Position numbers and translations under genes: made by a program
Assembly: GCA_030612725.1 (NCBI GenBank)
Contig: JAUWNJ010000002.1
Coordinates: 64,542-128,541, forward strand
Direction of reading: 5' to 3'
Length of the DNA stretch: 64,000 bases
Source: Planctomycetales bacterium
GTDB taxonomy: Bacteria; Planctomycetota; Phycisphaerae; SM23-33
The notes under the pieces: model-generated
Told to the model about the DNA's origin: nothing
Database searches by the model: none
The model's input: the letters and a program-made list of their open reading frames with translations, nothing else
In this document: positions 48,434 through 57,077 of the stretch, in pieces
Layout: each line of letters starts with the position of its first letter
Position numbering within the stretch: the stretch's first letter is position 1

Positions 48434-49217
48434 CATACTTGAAATACCGGATCAGCCGACAATTCTTCCGCTTGATCCGATGCCGACTGCGCTACCTGAG
48501 ATTGCAGCAGCGTGGATGGAGAGGATGGGTAAGGGGGCTTTACTGGGACTGCTGATGTTGCCCCTTGGCACTTGCTTATGCCTGATTCTCGTTTTTGGGG
48601 TGATACCCGCCTATCATATGGAAGTCTTTGTTTTTCCGGTCTTTTCGGTGATTGGCGTAATCGTCTTGTGGCTAACTACCTCGCCTGAACCGGGAAATCC
48701 ATATTGGCTTATCTATTTACGCTGGGCTACCAGAGCGGGGATATTGATGGGGCTGGCTTGGCAAATCGTTCGCATAGGAGTTCTTCACTCGCCCCTGATG
48801 ACGGCGGAAGACTTTGCTGCCCCTTACGGGCTATTGATACTTGCGGGTTCGGCTGGAAGTGCTGCGGATATGTGGTATTGTTCTCGCCTTGGACGTCGGC
48901 TTGGTGATCGGATACTGCGGATTAGTTTCGGTATACTCAAGTGGATTTTTGGCTTGTTCTTCGTTTTGACGGCGTTCAGTGCGGCGTACGACTGGGAGAA
49001 ATTCTGTGGAGATCAGGCTTACTTCTTGACGCACGCCGGACAGTATTGGGCAACTGCTTATCGGACATGGACTTTTTTACTCGTCTGGACAGGTATTTAC
49101 CTTTTTCTTGGGCTTTTATTCGGCTGGTTGCAATGGCGTCTCTGGCGTCGGTTGCGAACGACGGCCAACAGTTTGCGCGAGATGGGTGAGGGCTTATCTG
49201 GGGAAAAATTGCAATGA
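48426..49217 (+). CDS. hypothetical polytopic membrane protein
   Basis: 6-7 predicted TM helices. 8-nt overlap with the HD gene and 4-nt overlap with the next gene. Confidence 0.5.
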   Translation: MSDILEIPDQPTILPLDPMPTALPEIAAAWMERMGKGALLGLLMLPLGTCLCLILVFGVIPAYHMEVFVFPVFSVIGVIVLWLTTSPEPGNPYWLIYLRWATRAGILMGLAWQIVRIGVLHSPLMTAEDFAAPYGLLILAGSAGSAADMWYCSRLGRRLGDRILRISFGILKWIFGLFFVLTAFSAAYDWEKFCGDQAYFLTHAGQYWATAYRTWTFLLVWTGIYLFLGLLFGWLQWRLWRRLRTTANSLREMGEGLSGEKLQ

Positions 49218-50050
49218 ACACATCCATTTTCGGCGACAAGATAATCGTGCTCTGGCAGGTGCTGCTGGCCGGTGGGGCCGTTGTTTTCTCGGTTACGTTC
49301 GGGGCGTGGCTGATGGGGCGGAAATGGCGTAAAAAAGGCGAACAACCGCCCAGCCGCGCTCGTCGAGTAGCGGTCTGTACCGCTGTTGCAATCGCGTCGC
49401 TTCTGGGGCTGCCCGTTGTTGTTGGGTTTATGATTACTCTTATTCATATGGAGATGCCTTGCGTTACCTTGCCGGGCGTGGCGATTTTTATCGGATGCAT
49501 CGTAACGTCCAGGCGAATCAGGAGAAACTGGACCAGGAGCATCAAGCCTCAGTTATGGATGATCGGACTTATTTGCGGAATTACCGGCGTTATGTGTTTT
49601 GCTGGGACGCTTGGACGATTTAGAGTATTGGCAAAGCGGCCGATAGATGGAGGCAATCTCAGCGGCATTGGCCACGTACTTGCGCATTATCACGAAGAGC
49701 ACGGCAAGTATCCGGACGATCTTCGCCGTTTGGTAGATGATGGGCGGGACGCACAACTGTTGTTATCAAGATATGGTACTGGGAGTAAAGAAATACCTGA
49801 TCCTCGCCCTGTGCCTTACGATGGCCCTTGTGATCATATTTACATCCGCCTGCCGGAAGATGCGCCGGATGATCTTGTCTGGGTCTGGCAGCCGGTGAAA
49901 TATCACGATAACGAGGGGGGGTTCGTGCTATTCAAAGACGGCCGAGTTCGTTGGTTGACGCCGGAGCGACTCAAGGCGGAAGTCGCCAGAACGCACAAAT
50001 GGCTTGAGACGCACCCGACAACCCAGCCGGCGACAGCGCCTGCGGGATAA
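49214..50050 (+). CDS. hypothetical membrane protein with C-terminal H-X9-DG-like domain
   Basis: About 4 N-terminal TM helices. The C-terminus YHDNEGGFVLFKDGRVRWL resembles the H-X9-DG motif of planctomycete DUF1559 proteins. Confidence 0.5.
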   Translation: MNTSIFGDKIIVLWQVLLAGGAVVFSVTFGAWLMGRKWRKKGEQPPSRARRVAVCTAVAIASLLGLPVVVGFMITLIHMEMPCVTLPGVAIFIGCIVTSRRIRRNWTRSIKPQLWMIGLICGITGVMCFAGTLGRFRVLAKRPIDGGNLSGIGHVLAHYHEEHGKYPDDLRRLVDDGRDAQLLLSRYGTGSKEIPDPRPVPYDGPCDHIYIRLPEDAPDDLVWVWQPVKYHDNEGGFVLFKDGRVRWLTPERLKAEVARTHKWLETHPTTQPATAPAG

Positions 50051-50065
50051 CAACGAGGTAACGAA

Positions 50066-51568
50066 ATGACAAAAGTTGATTTTTCCAAACTTCCCAAGCC
50101 GGTTTTGGGCGAGCATCCTGAATGGGTGGAACTTTATTACAAGGCGTGGGAACTGGCGGCTACGCATATCAGGACCGACAAGTCCGGCAGGGCGTACATG
50201 GACGCAGCCTTCGAGCCGTGGGACAATCGCCAATGGGTCTGGGATACGTGCTTTATGAGCCTGTACTGCCGATACGCGCCCGAGCAGTACCCCGGCGTCG
50301 AAAGTCTGGATAACTTCTACGACCGCCAGAGCGACGACGGCTTCATCTCAATGACCTACGACATGGACACGGGTACCGAACCCTGGCCGGGCTATATCAA
50401 TCCTCCGCTGTTCGCCTGGGTCGAATGGGAATACTATCTCAGCACGGGCGACGGTTCGCGTTTCGAGCGCGTCGCGGGCCACATCGAGCGGCTTATGGAC
50501 TGGATCGACGCCAACCGACGCACCGTTCCGCACAGGCGGCGGGCCAGCCGGGATACGAATATCCACGACGTCGGCGAATCGGCCGAGAACTATCAACTGT
50601 ACTACTTCTCCGACTGCGGCGCATCGGGTATGGACGATTCACCGCGCACGCCGCGCATACCAGAGGCCGGTCGATTTTACGACTGGATCGACCTGTCCAG
50701 CCAGATGGCGCTTTCGTTCCGAATGTTGGGGCGGATGCACAATGTGCTCGGCAATTCCGAACGCGCCTCGCACTGGGAAAAACGCGCCGTCGAACTGGGA
50801 GGCCTGATTAACGCCGAATTGTGGTGCGACAGGACGCGGTTCTATCACGACCGGATGCTGCCGAGGAATTTCGTCGCCTCCAAAACGACTGCGGGGTTCT
50901 GGCCGATGCTGGCCTGTATCTGCGACGACGACCGCCTCGACGCACTCGTCGAACACCTGCTCGACGAACATCAGTTCAATCGCCCCACGCCGGTTCCGAC
51001 ACTATCGGCTGACGACCCGAACTACACCCCGAAGGGTGTCTATTGGTGCGGCGGGGTGTGGGCGCCGACGAACTATATGATTGCGCGAGGCCTGATGAAG
51101 GCGGGGCGACCCGACGTGGCGCACGAAATCGCAATGAAATACGTCGGCGCTATCGCGCGAACTTACGCTGACTACCAGCCTAATACATTATGGGAGTGTT
51201 ATTCGCCCGAAGAGGACTTACCCGGTCTGACCGCTTACAGCGGCGAGGCCGTCAAGGGCGATTTCGTCGGGTGGACCGGGTTAGGACCGATCGCCATGCT
51301 TATCGAAAACATCATCGGTATCGACATCGACGTTCCTGACCGGCGGGTCAACTGGGACATTCGCCTGACCGAAGCCCACGGCGTCCGCAGCCTGGGTCTT
51401 GGTGGTCTTGGTCGGGCGGATTTGCTCTGCAAGGCGAGAAAATCCGCGGACGCCCCGGCGGAGGTTGAACTTTCCTGCCATAGCGATTTGACCGTTCGCA
51501 TTACCCGCGGCAGCGTTAGTAAAACCATTGAAGTGCAGAAAGGAGCCGTCGTGTCGGCAACGGTGTGA
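50066..51568 (+). CDS. six-hairpin glycoside hydrolase (GH63/GH37-like) family protein
   Basis: Cytoplasmic 500-aa protein with an (alpha/alpha)6 glycosidase-like sequence pattern. Family assignment is tentative. Confidence 0.5.
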   Translation: MTKVDFSKLPKPVLGEHPEWVELYYKAWELAATHIRTDKSGRAYMDAAFEPWDNRQWVWDTCFMSLYCRYAPEQYPGVESLDNFYDRQSDDGFISMTYDMDTGTEPWPGYINPPLFAWVEWEYYLSTGDGSRFERVAGHIERLMDWIDANRRTVPHRRRASRDTNIHDVGESAENYQLYYFSDCGASGMDDSPRTPRIPEAGRFYDWIDLSSQMALSFRMLGRMHNVLGNSERASHWEKRAVELGGLINAELWCDRTRFYHDRMLPRNFVASKTTAGFWPMLACICDDDRLDALVEHLLDEHQFNRPTPVPTLSADDPNYTPKGVYWCGGVWAPTNYMIARGLMKAGRPDVAHEIAMKYVGAIARTYADYQPNTLWECYSPEEDLPGLTAYSGEAVKGDFVGWTGLGPIAMLIENIIGIDIDVPDRRVNWDIRLTEAHGVRSLGLGGLGRADLLCKARKSADAPAEVELSCHSDLTVRITRGSVSKTIEVQKGAVVSATV

Positions 51569-51733
51569 ACTCCGTGCTGTAAAATCGCCCGCAAATGTAA
51601 AAAAAAGCGAAAAATCCGGATTTCCCCCTTGACAAAAACAAGATTTTCGGATATATTTATAGTATCAGCAGCATCGGGGATGCGCTTGGCGATGCTCGAA
51701 GTGCTAACTTTGCCTCGTGAGGAATAAGAAGGA

Positions 51734-52357
51734 GTGTGGGAAATGCTTAGATCAAGGATTCTGGTTGTTCTGTCGGTGGGATTGTTCATTTCTGCAACGG
51801 CTTCGGCTTCACCCGTTACTTTTGATGGGAATATCGACGTCAACGACTCGTATTTTGCTACGTTGACCGATGGCGACGAGGCCACTGTTCAGAACGATCT
51901 GGACATCAAGTCTGTCGGTTTTGACCTCTATGGCGGATATTTCTGGATGGGTCTGGAAGTCTATACCGGCCCGATGGCGACCGACGGTGGTCCCACGTCG
52001 ATAGCGAATATGACGCTCTTTTACGGAGTTTTTCAGGTCGCGGGTTCCGACGACGTCAATCTTATCGTTATCCTGGACGAAGGTGCGGTATCCAGTGTCC
52101 TCCTCGACGGTACGGAGTTGGTTTCCGGGACGCACTATGAGGCAGTGCTCGGTTTGGGTAACCCCACCGGCGGACTGGAGATAAAGATTGACGACAACCT
52201 CCTGTCGCCGATGAGTTTCACTTTCTTCGGGCAGTTGGATGGTACCGGTTGGGACAACGACGACCAGATCGCCGGTTTCGTAGAGGTTCCCGAACCTGTA
52301 ACGCTGGCGCTGATAGCGATTGGTCTTCCCCTGGTGTTGATTCGTCGCCGACGGTAA
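51734..52357 (+). CDS. PEP-CTERM sorting domain-containing secreted protein
   Basis: Signal peptide and a C-terminal VEVPEPVTLALIAIGLPLVLIRRRR. Confidence 0.7.
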   Translation: MWEMLRSRILVVLSVGLFISATASASPVTFDGNIDVNDSYFATLTDGDEATVQNDLDIKSVGFDLYGGYFWMGLEVYTGPMATDGGPTSIANMTLFYGVFQVAGSDDVNLIVILDEGAVSSVLLDGTELVSGTHYEAVLGLGNPTGGLEIKIDDNLLSPMSFTFFGQLDGTGWDNDDQIAGFVEVPEPVTLALIAIGLPLVLIRRRR

Positions 52358-52386
52358 GCGTTGCAACAATACGTAACACGGGCGAG

Positions 52387-53256
52387 TTACCTCGAAAAGG
52401 TGGCTCGCCCTTTTTCTGCGCCGTGATTCTTTCGCCCGGGTCGAAGTATCAGCGTAAAGCCGCCGACAGTGATGATAACCAGCGTCCCCGGTTCGGGAAT
52501 CTGCTGCATTATCCATCCTGAATACGCGCTGACCCTGACGTCGTACCCCCTGTCGCCGTATTCAGGGTAAATTGAGTCGCCGTCAAAGTTCGTGATTCCG
52601 ACGTGGATTCCGACGATCTTCAGCCCGCCTGCTTCGGCGACAAAAGAAGGTCCGCCGGAATCGCCTTTCGCTATCATGGACTCGGTTGTTCCTTCGGGCG
52701 GACTTCCCCCTCCGTCGGCGGGTTCGTCGAAATCGAACATAAGGAAGCCGGAGATGGTACTGTCAATCCGATTTCCACCATAGCGTCCGGTTCCCCTTGG
52801 GTATTGACCCGGTTCGGGCATACCGGTTCCACTCTCGCCGAATCCGACGATAATGATCTCGCTGCCAAGTTCGTTCGTCCGGGAATTAACCTGGTATCCG
52901 GGCAGGCCGGTGCTCCTGTCCAGACGGACGACGGCAAGGTCTTTATAGGGGTGAACATATTTCTCGACCAGGCTGAACGTTTCGGAGCCGGAGGCGGTGT
53001 ACAACGTGAAGGTATGTCCGGAAATATTTTCAACGGCATGTTTCGCGGTCAGAATGTGAACCGGACTGATCAGTACGCCGGTCGTTCCCCCAGCCGAGGA
53101 AAGATACCCGACGCCTTCCAGCCCGGGCATCAAGTCGTACCGGTGATAGGCAGGGTCGTCGCAAACTACAATGGCCGACGAATGAGCGGGAAATGCACAA
53201 ATCACCGCGAGGAACGCCAGGGTTCCGCAAATCCATGGGTATAAATCGCTTCTCAT
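52387..53256 (-). CDS. trypsin-like (S1) serine protease with PEP-CTERM anchor
   Basis: Catalytic triad context TAKHAV (His), GDSGGP (Ser), and a C-terminal IPEPGTLVIITVGGFTLIL. Confidence 0.8.
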   Translation of the reverse strand: MRSDLYPWICGTLAFLAVICAFPAHSSAIVVCDDPAYHRYDLMPGLEGVGYLSSAGGTTGVLISPVHILTAKHAVENISGHTFTLYTASGSETFSLVEKYVHPYKDLAVVRLDRSTGLPGYQVNSRTNELGSEIIIVGFGESGTGMPEPGQYPRGTGRYGGNRIDSTISGFLMFDFDEPADGGGSPPEGTTESMIAKGDSGGPSFVAEAGGLKIVGIHVGITNFDGDSIYPEYGDRGYDVRVSAYSGWIMQQIPEPGTLVIITVGGFTLILRPGRKNHGAEKGRATFSR

Positions 53257-53387
53257 TTTCTAAACCTCCGGGGGCCTTGAAGCCTGATTACTCCGACAGT
53301 ACCGGGCTTATGGGTATATCGGCAGTAGAGGAGGGTCAGTTTGCTAACAGTTGGTACATAAAATGGGGGCAGGCCACCTTGATCGCG

Positions 53388-53531
53388 CTGTGTTCGCGTT
53401 TGCGCGCGCAAACGCGAACGTAAAAATCGGAGGAAATGAAAATTCCAAAAAAACTTTTCCCAAGGCCACCAAGGACTTATGGCGTCGCTATCCGTTTTGT
53501 GTTCGCGTTTGCGCGCGCAAACGCGAACGCA
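53388..53531. promoter_or_regulatory. two copies of a 33-bp direct repeat, each containing a perfect 28-bp palindrome, upstream of the PEP-CTERM protease gene
   Basis: gttcgcgtttgcgcgcgcaaacgcgaac at 53392-53419 and 53501-53528, 109 bp apart. They lie 136 and 245 nt upstream of the protease start. Confidence 0.6.
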
Positions 53532-53711
53532 AAAGTTAATACGGAGAGAATAGGGACTAGGGACTTGGGACTAGGGACTTGGAAAAAAGAAACAGATGGG
53601 CCGTTTAGGCAAGATGGGCAAAATAGGCAATGGCGGATTTTTTAAAATGGGCGTAAAAATGACACTAAAATACGCAAATCTATGCACGCCAAGGAGTTAT
53701 GGGTTTTGCAA

Positions 53712-53820
53712 TTTTTCCCAATTGTTCCGAATCGTTCCCAATCGTTCCGAATCGTTCCCAATCGTTCCCAATCGTTCCCAATTGTTCCGAATTGTTCCGT
53801 TTCGTTCCGTTTCGTTCCAC
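53712..53820. repeat. tandem array of about 11 copies of the 10-mer ATCGTTCCCA (variants ATTGTTCCGA, TTCGTTCCGT)
   Basis: Unit boundaries were read directly from the sequence. No spacers, so this is not CRISPR-like. Confidence 0.85.
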
Positions 53821-53892
53821 AACGGCGTGGCCCGATTCCGGTATCCGCCTGTGTGCGGCTCGAAAGAAGCGAGGGCCAGCCTGTCGCCAAAG

Positions 53893-54354
53893 TTACATAT
53901 CTTCGTGGTCAATAAGCATGAAGCCGCGTTTTGTCAATATCTGAGCGGACAGGACGTGGTCGTCGGTGTGAAAGACCAGCACCGGATAATCGTTGTGCCG
54001 GAGGAACAGCGGATAGGCAAACTGGATGTTCAGTTCGGCGGCAACGAGCGCCTTGCAGACCTGGCTGAGCGTGTCGATATCGTGCAATGCGACGGCCAGT
54101 ACGTCGGATTCGGTGAATGCCGCACCGGCGTCGATGAGTTTCACACGCGCCTTACCGACGTCGGTGAAGATCATGCGCACCACAGCCCAGTCTGCGGAAT
54201 CCACCACGGACAGACCTGCAATTTCAACGTCGGCTTCGTCCAGAGTAGTAAGCATCTTGCTCAATCTTCCGACGCGGTTGGGCATGAAGATATTGAACTG
54301 GCGGATGGACGGGGTTTCGTACGCTCGCTCGATTTGAGGTCCGGACATGGCCAT
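53893..54354 (-). CDS. ACT domain-containing protein (tandem ACT-like repeats)
   Basis: Two beta-alpha-beta-beta-alpha-beta-like halves, e.g. QFNIFMPNRVGRLSKMLTTLDEADVEI. Confidence 0.5.
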   Translation of the reverse strand: MAMSGPQIERAYETPSIRQFNIFMPNRVGRLSKMLTTLDEADVEIAGLSVVDSADWAVVRMIFTDVGKARVKLIDAGAAFTESDVLAVALHDIDTLSQVCKALVAAELNIQFAYPLFLRHNDYPVLVFHTDDHVLSAQILTKRGFMLIDHEDM

Positions 54355-54432
54355 AACGAGAGATACTATAACCTCAAAAGGTCTGAAAGCAAAGACAGCA
54401 AGAGATTTTTCTTTCAGCGGGTGATGGTTTTT

Positions 54433-55098
54433 TTAATGTATAAGCGCTTTTACGCCCAGCGCGATACCCATGACGGTTACTGCTACTCCGCATAGACCGT
54501 TGGCGATTCTGAAAAATGTCGGTCCGATTTTCTGCGGCCTGAGGCGGACAAGCACAGTAATGAAAGCGAACCAACATGTCATTCCACATGAAACGGCGGC
54601 TACTCCGAGCCACATTCCCACGCTTCCCGCTGATACATCGGCTCCCTGGAGCCAGGCCGGTCCGACTCCCACCCACCAGAGAAACGTGGCAGGATTCAGG
54701 AACGTCAGAATAGCGCCGGTCAAGAGGTCTCCCCCGACACCTGTGCGTCGATGTCGCATTCGTTCGGCGCGGATGGCGGCCTGGACTCGTCGGGACGGAA
54801 CAACCGCCTTGCGAAGGATGAACAGTCCAAGAAGCAGGATGATACAGGCAGCGGGCAGCTCCACGTACTGCCGGATCGAATCGACGTCCGTGTATTTCAA
54901 GAGCGTGCTTCCGCCCCACATCACCAGGACCACTTCGCAGGTTTCGAAGGCTACCGATCCGATACCGACCCACATGGTCCTCGTCCAGTGCATCACCAGT
55001 CCGCGACGAATGGCGATCATATTGACCGGACCGACGACGGGCGCCGCCGCCATCAGACCCAATCCGAACGCCCATGCTAGAACTAAAATACTCGGCAC
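54433..55098 (-). CDS. LysE/RhtB family amino-acid exporter
   Basis: Six TM helices and a LysE-type N-terminal motif. The overlapping 264-aa ORF in another frame is judged spurious. Confidence 0.8.
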   Translation of the reverse strand: MPSILVLAWAFGLGLMAAAPVVGPVNMIAIRRGLVMHWTRTMWVGIGSVAFETCEVVLVMWGGSTLLKYTDVDSIRQYVELPAACIILLLGLFILRKAVVPSRRVQAAIRAERMRHRRTGVGGDLLTGAILTFLNPATFLWWVGVGPAWLQGADVSAGSVGMWLGVAAVSCGMTCWFAFITVLVRLRPQKIGPTFFRIANGLCGVAVTVMGIALGVKALIH

Positions 55099-55294
55099 GT
55101 CTTTTTCGCTCCTGAAAAGTTCCGGCTATGCTAACCGCTGACGACACAATAAAAAAGAGCGAGTCCACGAATTACCCAAATTTTGTAAATCAGTAATTCA
55201 CGATTCCGTTACCAATTACCAACCCGCAGACTGTTTTTTCGATTTCGGAGGCGTTATGATGTCGGTACTGAAGTTTTGTGAGCAGCAGGGATGA

Positions 55295-56284
55295 ATGAGC
55301 GTGAAACTGTCTGGTAAGTATCAGAAGAGATGGGTTCTTGTCGGCTTGTGCCTTTTCGGTGTGGTGCTGATGCTTCCACCGGCGGGAAGTGTGCGGGGGT
55401 TTTGTCGTCGTGCTGCCCGTCCCGTTCTGGTTCCGATGAGTATCTTCGGCTCGCATGTTACCGTTCATCTTCGTTCGCGTATGGACGAAATGACGGTATC
55501 GTCGTCGTCCGACGCCGATGAGCGGGCCCAGGCCTTTCGCGGGCAGATACTACTGATGCGGCAGATGATCGAAGACCAGCGCCGAGAAATTCGGACGCTC
55601 ACTAATTGGAACGGTACACTTGAAGGATTCAGGTGCCGTCTGCTTCCCGCGCGCGTTATCGCCGCCGATCCTTTGTCGCTGCGCAACCGCCGACTTATCG
55701 GCGTCGGCAGTCGCAAGAGCGTCGGGCCTGGTGACCTTGTAACCACACGTCGGATAATTCACGAATCCGCCGCGCCGCTGCCGGACAAACTCACCGTCCT
55801 GGGACGAAATTACGTCGTCGGGTGCGTCAGTAACTCGTCAGTCTGTTCGGCGACGCTGACGCTTGTAACGGATCCGCATTTTAAGGCTTCAGCCAAACTT
55901 TGGCGCATGGTCGAGCCGGGCAGGCAGCGAACTATTTTTCTGACCGTCAAGACCGGCGGGGTGGAGAAGCGGACCTTCAAGCACAGCCGAACTACTCCCG
56001 GACCTGAACCTGTTGGGAATCCCATTCCCGTCGAGGCAATCGGTAACGGGCGTGAGGTCGTGCTGGAGCACGTGCCTTCCAATCACAACGTGCGAGCCGG
56101 GGACATCCTTACGTCGGCCGGTTCGTCGGGTCTGTTTCCCCTTGGTCTGACCATAGGCCGAGTCAGTCGGGTTGAACGGGACAAAAACGACGCCCATTTC
56201 GTTATGGTGTTTGTGGAACCCCTTGGAGATTTGCGGCGACTTCAAAATGTGTATATTGTTCTTCCTGATCGAGGTACGGATTGA
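55295..56284 (+). CDS. mreC: rod shape-determining protein MreC
   Basis: N-terminal TM helix, a coiled coil, and beta-barrel domains. It sits immediately upstream of mreD. Confidence 0.8.
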   Translation: MSVKLSGKYQKRWVLVGLCLFGVVLMLPPAGSVRGFCRRAARPVLVPMSIFGSHVTVHLRSRMDEMTVSSSSDADERAQAFRGQILLMRQMIEDQRREIRTLTNWNGTLEGFRCRLLPARVIAADPLSLRNRRLIGVGSRKSVGPGDLVTTRRIIHESAAPLPDKLTVLGRNYVVGCVSNSSVCSATLTLVTDPHFKASAKLWRMVEPGRQRTIFLTVKTGGVEKRTFKHSRTTPGPEPVGNPIPVEAIGNGREVVLEHVPSNHNVRAGDILTSAGSSGLFPLGLTIGRVSRVERDKNDAHFVMVFVEPLGDLRRLQNVYIVLPDRGTD

Positions 56285-56325
56285 TACTGCAACACAACTT
56301 TGTTTTTATGGAACAACAGGGATAT

Positions 56326-56456
56326 GCGAAATACGAATATCGAAATCCGAATGTTCAAAACATCTACGGTAAGACCTGCCGGACGGTGTTTTGGAGATTC
56401 AAATTTGGGTCATTTGATATTGTTTTGAATTTCGAGATTCGGATTTCGGATTTAAA
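56326..56456. repeat. MITE-like palindromic element, AATCCGAAA/ATACGAAA family, copy 3 (mreC|mreD)
   Basis: Left arm gcgaaatacgaatatcgaaatccgaatgttcaaaacat, right arm atattgttttgaatttcgagattcggatttcggattt. Confidence 0.75.
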
Positions 56457-56534
56457 AAACTTGCACAAGGCAATTGATTACAGCGTTTTACAGACAAAAT
56501 CCTTTGCCAAGTTGCATCGTGGGATTAAATAACA

Positions 56535-57074
56535 ATGAGATGGTATCATTTTATAATTCTGGTGTTTGTCGCTGTGGTTGGCGTTGTCGTGCAATCGACG
56601 GCGGGGCAGTTGTTGTGGTTTCGCACGGAGTTAGGATGGGTCGGCCCTGAACTGCTCGCAGCGGTGGCAGTGTTCATAGCATTGTATGCCACAAGCGCTA
56701 CTGATGCGGCATTGTCCGGGTGGATACTGGGATTCGCGGTGGACCTGAGCGTCGGTGGATCGAGCATGGGATTGTTGGCGTTGCTGTACGCTGCCGGTTG
56801 CTGGGGGATATTCCGCATTCGGGAGGTCTTTTTCCGCGACCGGATGATGACACAGATAATCATTGGGTTTATTTTTTGCGTGTTTGTTTATGAATTGTGG
56901 ACGGTCTATGACATCATGGTCGGCGGAAGGGCGTCTGGTGAGTATTTCCGACCGGCCCTTCAGGCATTGGGATTGTCGATTTATACTGCGGTGTTGACTC
57001 CTCCGGTATGTGCGCTGTTAAAACGCCTGCGAGGATTTGTGCTTCCCATGCCGCCGATTCGTGAAAGAAGATAA
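56535..57074 (+). CDS. mreD: rod shape-determining protein MreD
   Basis: Five-TM small membrane protein between mreC and mrdA. Confidence 0.75.
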   Translation: MRWYHFIILVFVAVVGVVVQSTAGQLLWFRTELGWVGPELLAAVAVFIALYATSATDAALSGWILGFAVDLSVGGSSMGLLALLYAAGCWGIFRIREVFFRDRMMTQIIIGFIFCVFVYELWTVYDIMVGGRASGEYFRPALQALGLSIYTAVLTPPVCALLKRLRGFVLPMPPIRERR

Positions 57075-57077
57075 TTA

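Noticed and set aside
53712-53820. Possible CRISPR array.
   Set aside because: The units are 10 bp and directly abutting, with no unique spacers. I saw no cas genes in the window.
53642-53944. Four overlapping ORFs (60-82 aa) on both strands across the 10-mer tandem array, with repetitive translations such as GTIGNDWERLGTIRNDWERF.
   Set aside because: The periodic amino-acid repeats simply mirror the DNA tandem repeat. All frames are open because the unit lacks stops, and there is no RBS or domain. Treated as non-coding.
54374-55168. A 264-aa ORF overlapping the LysE exporter gene in another frame.
   Set aside because: Arg/Gly/Ser-rich low-complexity translation typical of out-of-frame high-GC sequence. 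The LysE frame shows a clean 6-TM pattern.
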